From Patescibacteria group bacterium (GTDB lineage: Bacteria; Patescibacteriota; Microgenomatia; UBA8517), in NCBI GenBank assembly GCA_026416845.1, contig JAOAEL010000004.1:11271-75270 (forward strand): a DNA stretch of 64,000 bases, written 5' to 3'. Both the position numbers and the translations under genes were made by a program. The notes beneath the pieces were generated by a model. That model worked only from the letters and a program-made list of their open reading frames with translations, had not been told where the DNA came from and ran no database searches. Shown piece after piece: positions 57,328 through 64,000 of the stretch (positions are counted from its first letter, which is position 1; each line of letters opens with the position of its first letter).

Positions 57328-58206
57328 ATGAATATTAATTGGTTAAGCTACTGTAAATTTTATTTGATTATTTCGCTCTTTTTTATAATTAGCGGATTGG
57401 TAGGTGTTTTCTTGTGGGGTTTGCCTTTAGGTATTGATTTTAAAGGTGGAGTGATAGCAGAGTATAAATTTGAATCTTCAGTAAAAACTGATTTTCTGAT
57501 TGTTGAACTGTCCAATAAAGGTGTTAGTGTTTCAGCAATTCAACCTGCAGATGATGGAAATTACATCTTCAAAATTGCAAGTTCTGACAACGAACTTAAG
57601 GATTCTTTGGATAAATATTTAAAAGAAATCTATCCAGATTTAAATTTTGAACAATTAAGGTTTGAATCAGTTGGTCCATCAATTGGACCGGAAATGATTC
57701 GCAAAACATTTTACGCGGTTTTGATTTCTTCAATTGCAATTTTATTATGGGTTGCATATCAATTTAGAAATTTTAGATATGGACTATCGGCAATTATTGC
57801 TATGTTGCATGACACATTTATACTTGTTTCTAGTTTTGCTTTCTTTGGTCGCTTTTGGAGTGCAACTGTTGATTTTTTGTTTGTTACTGCAGTCTTAACT
57901 ACATTGTCTTTTTCAGTGCATGATACGATAGTTGTTTTTGATAGGATAAGAGAACTTAAAGCAAAGGCAATTGGGGATATATCTGAAGTTGCTAATCTAG
58001 CAATTAATCAAACCATGGTTAGGTCTCTTAACAATTCTTTCACAATAATATTTATGCTTTTTGCTCTTATTTTATTTGGCGGATCATCTGTTTTTTGGTT
58101 TGCGATTGCTTTGTTGGTTGGGACAATTGCAGGCACTTATTCTTCGCCGTTTGTTGCTGTTCCGGTTTTGGTTTATTTGACTAAACTAAAAGAGAAAAAG
58201 TTTTAA
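57328..58206 (+). CDS. secF: Protein translocase subunit SecF
   Basis: Immediately follows secD (1-nt spacing); FKGGVIAEYKF and 6-TM arrangement. Confidence 0.88.
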   Translation: MNINWLSYCKFYLIISLFFIISGLVGVFLWGLPLGIDFKGGVIAEYKFESSVKTDFLIVELSNKGVSVSAIQPADDGNYIFKIASSDNELKDSLDKYLKEIYPDLNFEQLRFESVGPSIGPEMIRKTFYAVLISSIAILLWVAYQFRNFRYGLSAIIAMLHDTFILVSSFAFFGRFWSATVDFLFVTAVLTTLSFSVHDTIVVFDRIRELKAKAIGDISEVANLAINQTMVRSLNNSFTIIFMLFALILFGGSSVFWFAIALLVGTIAGTYSSPFVAVPVLVYLTKLKEKKF

Positions 58207-59594
58207 GCCTCAGTTTTTAAAGATTTAATGTATTGAACCAAAGCATCTCTTTCGTTTTCCAGCTCTTTATTTTCGACTTTTTTAAAGATGTCATTTAACA
58301 CTTCGCCGACTTTTTTGCCTGGAGGAATGTTTAATATCTCCATTACATCATGTCCTGTAACTTTTATATCCTTTAGACTAAAGGGTTGTTTTTGCACTTC
58401 AATTAATCTTTTTTTAAAGTTTTCCAATCTCCAAGAAGTTAGTTTTGCTCCACTTCCAAGTCTATCGCCTATTCGCAAATCAATCATGTCTGGGATTAAT
58501 TGAGGAGTTACATTTCTTATAAATCTTCTTAATGCAGAGTCTGTCTGATTTTCATTTACTGTAAATTGATGGTATCTAACTAGCCTTACCAATTTGTCTT
58601 TTTGTTCATTAGAAAATCTTAATCTTTCCGCGATTCGTCTTGCTATTATGGCTCCGACTACCTCATGGTTGTAAAAAGTTATTGTCCCGCTTGGTAAAAC
58701 TTTGAATGTTTGGGGTTTGCCTATGTCATGTATTAAAGTTGCAAATCGCACTATTGGGTCTTTATTTATCTCTGACACAAATTTAAGAGAATCAAGCGAG
58801 TGTGTCCATACATCTGATATATGGTGCCTTCCGGGAGATTTTTGTTCAACTCCATATGTTTTTGTCATCTCAGGCAAAATGTGCTCTAGCAGAAGGGTCT
58901 CTTTAAGAAGTATGATACCTTTATGTGGTTTAGGAGATGAAAATATTTTAATTAACTCGTCTCGAATTCTCTCTTTTGAGATTTTATTTATTAAATCACT
59001 ATGTTTTTTGATTGCTTCAAGTGTGTTTTCCTCGATATTAAATCCCAATTCTGAAGCTATTCTTACCGCTCTCACAAGTCTCAGAGCGTCTTCGCTAAAA
59101 CGATCGTGTGGTTCACCAACTGCTTTTATGATTTTTTCATTTAAGTCCTTTTTGCCGTCAAAGTAATCAATCAAATTAACTTCAAGAAGGTCTTTTCTTT
59201 TTTGATTATCTAAATTTACTTCTAGTGCTAATGCGTTGATTGTAAAGTCTCGCCTTTGCAAGTCTTCTTTAAGCGTTTTGCCCCATCTTACTTCATTTGG
59301 TCTTCTGTGATCTGAATAACCGCCATGTTCTGTTCGGAATGTAGTTATCTCAAAAGGTTTTAGATCTTTTGTTTCACTTGGGACACCTACAGTCCCAAAG
59401 GAGTTTGTGTAGTAGGAATTAGGTAGAAATGCTAGCATTTCTTCTGGTGTTGCGGAGGTAGTAAAATCCCAATCTGAGACTTCTTTGCCCATTAAGATAT
59501 CTCTTACAGCGCCTCCTACTATATATATGGGGTATTTATGTTTTTGGAATTCTTTGATAATTGTTACCACTTCTTTTGGAATTGCAATCAACAT
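58203..59594 (-). CDS. cca: CCA-adding enzyme / tRNA nucleotidyltransferase with HD domain
   Basis: Pol-beta NTase head GGAVRDILMGKEVSDWDF..T, RLVRAVR region, C-terminal HD (LIHDIGK). Confidence 0.88.
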   Translation of the reverse strand: MLIAIPKEVVTIIKEFQKHKYPIYIVGGAVRDILMGKEVSDWDFTTSATPEEMLAFLPNSYYTNSFGTVGVPSETKDLKPFEITTFRTEHGGYSDHRRPNEVRWGKTLKEDLQRRDFTINALALEVNLDNQKRKDLLEVNLIDYFDGKKDLNEKIIKAVGEPHDRFSEDALRLVRAVRIASELGFNIEENTLEAIKKHSDLINKISKERIRDELIKIFSSPKPHKGIILLKETLLLEHILPEMTKTYGVEQKSPGRHHISDVWTHSLDSLKFVSEINKDPIVRFATLIHDIGKPQTFKVLPSGTITFYNHEVVGAIIARRIAERLRFSNEQKDKLVRLVRYHQFTVNENQTDSALRRFIRNVTPQLIPDMIDLRIGDRLGSGAKLTSWRLENFKKRLIEVQKQPFSLKDIKVTGHDVMEILNIPPGKKVGEVLNDIFKKVENKELENERDALVQYIKSLKTEA

Positions 59595-59643
59595 ATGCTA
59601 ATTATACTTTTAGCGTTATATGTTTTAAACTGGATTAAAATTT

Positions 59644-61329
59644 TTGTTTATGAAAATAAAAAATTCTGTACCTAAAAAATGGGAGCTTTTGTATTCCGGC
59701 AAAGTTTTTGACGAAAATGAAATTATTGAAATTTTGTTAAAAAATAGAGGTTGTCAAACTGAGAAACAAAAAAATGAATTTTTAAAACCAAAACATCCGC
59801 TTGATGTTAGTCTCTTGGATGTTGGTATGGACAAAGATGCGGTTAGGGAATCAATAACCAGAATAGTAAAAGCCATAAAAAACAAAGAACATATTTTGAT
59901 ATATGGAGATTATGACGCAGATGGCGTGTGTGCAACAGCCATAATGTGGGAAAGCTTGTATAAATACACAAAAAATGTGATGCCTTATATCCCCAATCGT
60001 TTTTCTGAAGGTTATGGAATAAATGCAGACAGCATAGTTTCAATAAAAAGCCAAAACCCAAAAGTATCTTTAATTATTACTGTTGACAATGGAATTGTTG
60101 CCTGTGATGCGGTAAAAAGAGCCAAAGATTTGGGGATTGATGTAATTGTTACGGATCATCACCAAAAAGGTGAAAATTTACCTGATGCTTACTCTATAGT
60201 TCATACAGATAAAATATCGGGTGCTGGAATTTCTTGGATATTTTGTCGGGAGTTGTTGAAGAAATTGTCAAAGGAAGATGTGCCAAATGTGGCTATTTCT
60301 GCACTTGATTTATGCGCTATAGGGACGATATCTGATCAAATGCCCTTGCTTAGCACTAATAGATCTTTTGCAAAGTATGGAATTAAACAAATTAATTTGA
60401 CAAAAAGAATTGGTCTTAAGGCTCTTGTTGAAACAGCTGGATTGCAAATGGGAAAAATTGGGGTTTATGAAATTAATTTTCATATAGCTCCTCGAATAAA
60501 TGCAACTGGCAGGCTTGATTCGGCAATTGATTCTCTGAGACTTTTGTGTGTCAAGAATCAAAAAAGAGCTTGCCAATTAGCAGAATCTCTTAACAAGACC
60601 AATATAGAAAGACAAAAGATATTGGATGAAGTTTTGTCATTGGCAAGAAAAGAGGTAGAAAAGCAAGTTTGGCAGGGAGTGATAGTTGTCGCCCACGAGA
60701 CTTTCCATGAAGGAGTGATAGGGCTTGCTGCCTCCAAGATTGTTGAACAATATTATTTGCCCGCAATTGTGATTTCAAAAGGCGAATCGGTATCAAAAGC
60801 ATCAGCAAGATCAATCTCAGGCTTTAATATCATAGAGTCAATAAGGCAACACTCACAATTGATATTAAATGGAGGCGGTCACCCAATGGCGGCTGGTTTT
60901 TCCATAGAAACCGCCAAGATAGAACAATTTACCCAGCAAATATTAAAATCTTCTTCCACTACAATTACTGATGAGGTAAAAACCAGAAAGCTTAAAATTG
61001 ATTTAAGTTTAGGTCTTGATCAAATCACCACTTCCCTTTATGAGAAGTTACAACTTTTTGAACCAGTAGGTGTTGCCAATCCTAATCCGGTTTTTATGAC
61101 AGGAAGTTTAACAGTGAAAGATCTGAAAGTTGTTGGCAACGATGGCAAGCATATCAAATTGGTTTTATCAGATGCTAGTAATTTAATTAACGCGATTGGG
61201 TTTAACATGGTTGATTTTAATATTAAAATTGGCGATGTGGTTGACGTTGCGTATACAATTGAGTTAAATGCATGGAATGGTCAAGAAACTTTGGAATTAA
61301 AATTAAAGGATTTAAAAAAACATGGTTGA
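59644..61329 (+). CDS. recJ: Single-stranded-DNA-specific exonuclease RecJ
   Basis: DHH motifs ILIYGDYDADGVCATAIM, VIVTDHH, GGGHPMAAG (DHHA1). Confidence 0.9.
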   Translation: MFMKIKNSVPKKWELLYSGKVFDENEIIEILLKNRGCQTEKQKNEFLKPKHPLDVSLLDVGMDKDAVRESITRIVKAIKNKEHILIYGDYDADGVCATAIMWESLYKYTKNVMPYIPNRFSEGYGINADSIVSIKSQNPKVSLIITVDNGIVACDAVKRAKDLGIDVIVTDHHQKGENLPDAYSIVHTDKISGAGISWIFCRELLKKLSKEDVPNVAISALDLCAIGTISDQMPLLSTNRSFAKYGIKQINLTKRIGLKALVETAGLQMGKIGVYEINFHIAPRINATGRLDSAIDSLRLLCVKNQKRACQLAESLNKTNIERQKILDEVLSLARKEVEKQVWQGVIVVAHETFHEGVIGLAASKIVEQYYLPAIVISKGESVSKASARSISGFNIIESIRQHSQLILNGGGHPMAAGFSIETAKIEQFTQQILKSSSTTITDEVKTRKLKIDLSLGLDQITTSLYEKLQLFEPVGVANPNPVFMTGSLTVKDLKVVGNDGKHIKLVLSDASNLINAIGFNMVDFNIKIGDVVDVAYTIELNAWNGQETLELKLKDLKKHG

Positions 61330-62815
61330 TTTAGAAAACAAGTTTAATCAATTAAAGAACAAACTATTTGATCGGAATTTTAGCAAAGAGGATATTTTGT
61401 TGTTAGAAAAAGCTTGGGAATTTGCAAAATTGGCTCACATCGGGCAAAAAAGAGATTCCGGGGAATGGTTTTTGGCGCATCCGCTTAATACTGCTATTTA
61501 TCTTGCTGATTGGAAAATGGACATAACTTCAATTGTTTCTGGCATATTGCACGACACTATTGATTGGGGTGGGGCCAAAAGCGAGGATTTAGTACAAGAA
61601 TTTGGACACGAAATAGCAAATTTAGTGCAAAGTGTTTCTCGTGTGTCAAAGGCTAAGGTGAGGGGAAATGACAATGAGATTTTTGTCGAAAATTTACGAA
61701 AAATGATCCTTGCAATGGCTAAAGATTTGCGCGTTGTTGTCATAAGAATGGCTGAGAGACTTGATAATCTTGCCACTTTGTACGCGCTTCCCGTTGACAG
61801 GCAAGTAAGATTTGCAAAAGAAACTATAGAAATTTTTGCTCCGCTTGCTGAGAGGCTTGGAATGGGTGAGATAAAAGGGAAATTAGAGGATATGGCGTTT
61901 CCTTATTTATACAAAAGTGAATATGAAAGAGTGCTTAAAGAATCCAAGCCTTATTATTCCAATGCCGAACAGCACATCAAGAAAATTAGGCATACTCTTT
62001 TGAGAAGATTGGTAGAAAATGGCATACAAGCAGAAGTGCATGCGCGCAAAAAACATTTGTACTCTTTATGGAAAAAACTAAATAGGCCAAATATAAATTG
62101 GGATTTTGAGAAAATTCATGATATTGTGGCTCTTAGGATCTTGGTAAATACTGTTGCCGATTGCTATGCCGCTTTGGGTATTGTGCATCATACTTATAGG
62201 CCCATTCCTGATATTGGTATATCTGATTTTATTGCCCAACCAAAGCCCAATGGTTATAGATCAATACACACTAAAGTTTTAGGTCCTCAGGGCAGGTTTG
62301 TTGAGATACAAATTAGAACGTTTGAAATGCATGAGCAGGCAGAGTACGGTGCAGCTTCTCACTGGGCGTATTCTGAAGCAAAGTCTAAAGGAGCAAGCGA
62401 TGAACGTTTGGAGAAAGGTTTGATAAAAGTTGATGAGAACAAATTGCGATGGGTTAAACAATTGGCAAAGTGGCAGGAAGAAATTTCTGATTCTGAAGAA
62501 TTTCTAAAGGCTGTTAAGTTTGATGCCTTAAGTGACAGGATCTTTGTATTTTCGCCAAAAGGAGATGTCTATGATTTGCCTGTTGGCGCAACGCCTGTTG
62601 ATTTTGCATATGCTGTGCATACAGATTTGGGTGATTACATAAAAGTTGCAAAAGTTAATAACAAAATAGTTCCGCTTAATTACAAACTTTCAAACAGTGA
62701 TGTAGTTGAGATAATAAAGCACAAAAATCCAGTCAAGCCTAATAACGATTGGTTAAGTTTTGTAGTTACCACAACAGCAAGACGCCAGATTCAAAAAAGG
62801 TTAAGAGAGAAGTAA
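61322..62815 (+). CDS. RelA/SpoT-family (p)ppGpp synthetase/hydrolase (HD + synthetase + TGS, no ACT)
   Basis: HD hydrolase HPLNTAIYLADWKMD...LHDTID, synthetase DIVALRILV...YRSIHTKV, TGS C-terminus. Confidence 0.85.
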   Translation: MVDLENKFNQLKNKLFDRNFSKEDILLLEKAWEFAKLAHIGQKRDSGEWFLAHPLNTAIYLADWKMDITSIVSGILHDTIDWGGAKSEDLVQEFGHEIANLVQSVSRVSKAKVRGNDNEIFVENLRKMILAMAKDLRVVVIRMAERLDNLATLYALPVDRQVRFAKETIEIFAPLAERLGMGEIKGKLEDMAFPYLYKSEYERVLKESKPYYSNAEQHIKKIRHTLLRRLVENGIQAEVHARKKHLYSLWKKLNRPNINWDFEKIHDIVALRILVNTVADCYAALGIVHHTYRPIPDIGISDFIAQPKPNGYRSIHTKVLGPQGRFVEIQIRTFEMHEQAEYGAASHWAYSEAKSKGASDERLEKGLIKVDENKLRWVKQLAKWQEEISDSEEFLKAVKFDALSDRIFVFSPKGDVYDLPVGATPVDFAYAVHTDLGDYIKVAKVNNKIVPLNYKLSNSDVVEIIKHKNPVKPNNDWLSFVVTTTARRQIQKRLREK

Positions 62816-63046
62816 AGACATTTCTTGAAAAAATTTTATTGGGTTTCTTAGGCAAATTAAATGTTTTTTATGTTTACAGAAATTGTTTTAAATGTTAAAC
62901 TCAAACCTAAATTTTTGTTGTTTGTTTTGAGTTTGAGGTTTTCTTTATAATAATAGATATAATTTTATTTTATGCTAGTACTAACAAAAAAGTTGATCAA
63001 AAGAGCTTGTAGCAAAGTTCTAGATCTTTAAAAGTTAATTTTGATT

Positions 63047-64000
63047 ATGTTAAGAACTCTTACAAAGGATACAGTAAAAAAAATTGGTAAAAAAGTTTTA
63101 CTTAAAGGTTGGATTGCTTCAATTAGAGATCATGGAAAAGTTGTTTTTGTTGATTTAAGGGATCGAAGCGGTGTTGTTCAATGTGTTGGACAAAATTTGA
63201 ATAAGGTTTCAGTTGAAAGCGTTGTTGAGATTCTGGGTGTTGTTGTCAAGCGGCCGGAGAAGTTGATTAACAAGAATATACAAACAGGCGCTATCGAAGT
63301 GCAGATTGAAAAAATGGATGTAATAAGCCCTGCAAAAGAGCTTCCCATACCCATAGATACTGATGGATACGAGATAGATGAAATTGCTCGCAACAAATAT
63401 AGGTATCTTGATCTCAGACGTCAAAGAATGACAAACAATATTAAATTGCGATCAATAATTGCCAATTTTATGAGGCAGTGGTTTCTTAAAAGAGATTTTG
63501 TTGAAATAGAAACTCCAATACTTACAAAAACTACTCCAGAAGGGGCGAGAGATTTTTTAGTTCCATCTCGCCTTCAACCCGGGAAATTTTACGCTTTGCC
63601 GCAATCTCCTCAGCAATACAAACAGCTTTTGATGGTAGCCGGATTTGAAAGGTATTTTCAACTGGCGAGGTGTTTCAGAGATGAAGATCCCAGAAAAGAT
63701 AGAGCTTATGGAGAATTCACGCAGCTTGACATTGAGATGAGCTTTGTGACGCAGAATGATATTTTAGTTTTGATTGAAAAAATGTTTACTGATTTGATTC
63801 AAAAGATTTTTCCTGAAAAGCATATAACACAAAAACCGTGGCCAAGAATTCCTCACAAAGAAGCGATTGAAAAATATGGCAGTGACAAGCCTGATCTTAG
63901 AAAGAATAAAAATGACAAAGATGAATTGGCTTTTGCTTGGATTATTGATTTTCCTCTTTTTACAGAACAATCGGCAGATGATTTTTATTATGGTTCAGGT
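63047..64000 (+). CDS. aspS: Aspartyl-tRNA synthetase (5' partial, runs off window)
   Basis: N-terminal OB-fold anticodon-binding domain and class II motif 1/2 region FYALPQSPQQYKQLLM...FERYFQLARCFRDEDPRKDRAYGEFTQLDIEMSF; no stop before window end. Confidence 0.9.
   Translation, partial: MLRTLTKDTVKKIGKKVLLKGWIASIRDHGKVVFVDLRDRSGVVQCVGQNLNKVSVESVVEILGVVVKRPEKLINKNIQTGAIEVQIEKMDVISPAKELPIPIDTDGYEIDEIARNKYRYLDLRRQRMTNNIKLRSIIANFMRQWFLKRDFVEIETPILTKTTPEGARDFLVPSRLQPGKFYALPQSPQQYKQLLMVAGFERYFQLARCFRDEDPRKDRAYGEFTQLDIEMSFVTQNDILVLIEKMFTDLIQKIFPEKHITQKPWPRIPHKEAIEKYGSDKPDLRKNKNDKDELAFAWIIDFPLFTEQSADDFYYGSG

Noticed and set aside
1-64000. Search for CRISPR arrays, transposases/integrases and rRNA genes
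   Set aside because: No regularly spaced direct repeats, no recognisable transposase/integrase/recombinase ORF, and no rRNA-like conserved blocks seen. Only one tRNA and RNase P RNA found.

Overview
AT-rich, gene-dense window (about 90% coding) that looks like a small-genome Patescibacteria/CPR-type bacterium. The call rests on AT-rich codon usage, short gene spacing, a compact ribosomal-protein/rpoA block, an archaeal-type NMN adenylyltransferase, type-2 IPP isomerase and a large type IV pilus locus. Conserved core genes I can support from sequence: rpmJ-rpsM-rpsK-rpsD-rpoA-rplQ-rplM-rpsI, recA-recX, rny, hup, miaA, RNase P RNA, pilB/pilC/pilM-N/pilins, yifB/comM, dtd, nth, secD/secF, cca, recJ, relA/spoT-like, aspS (runs off the 3' end). 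The clearest accessory stretch is about 12.8-23.5 kb. It begins at a tRNA (assigned Pro-GGG) and carries a secreted thermonuclease, a large Cys-rich secreted protein, a Type-III-like restriction-modification pair (N-extended Mod and Res) with a DUF3800-like gene inserted between them, then an HNH-like zinc-finger protein and a small membrane protein, before conserved recA resumes. A second unusual block (40.2-45.1 kb) has a 530-bp non-coding AT-rich spacer, then a permuted fused LeuD-LeuC-like aconitase-family hydro-lyase, an unknown 265-aa protein and a LeuA/CimA-like HMGL-family synthase. That is a 2-oxoacid chain-elongation-like trio with no dehydrogenase in the window, unexpected in a reduced genome. 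Also notable: an isoprenoid cluster (IDI-2, trans-polyprenyl synthase, UppS with a long C-terminal extension, ABC exporter), a wHTH-nucleotidyltransferase fusion, and a cytoplasmic histidine kinase with a receiver-only partner. No CRISPR array and no transposase or integrase genes were recognisable.
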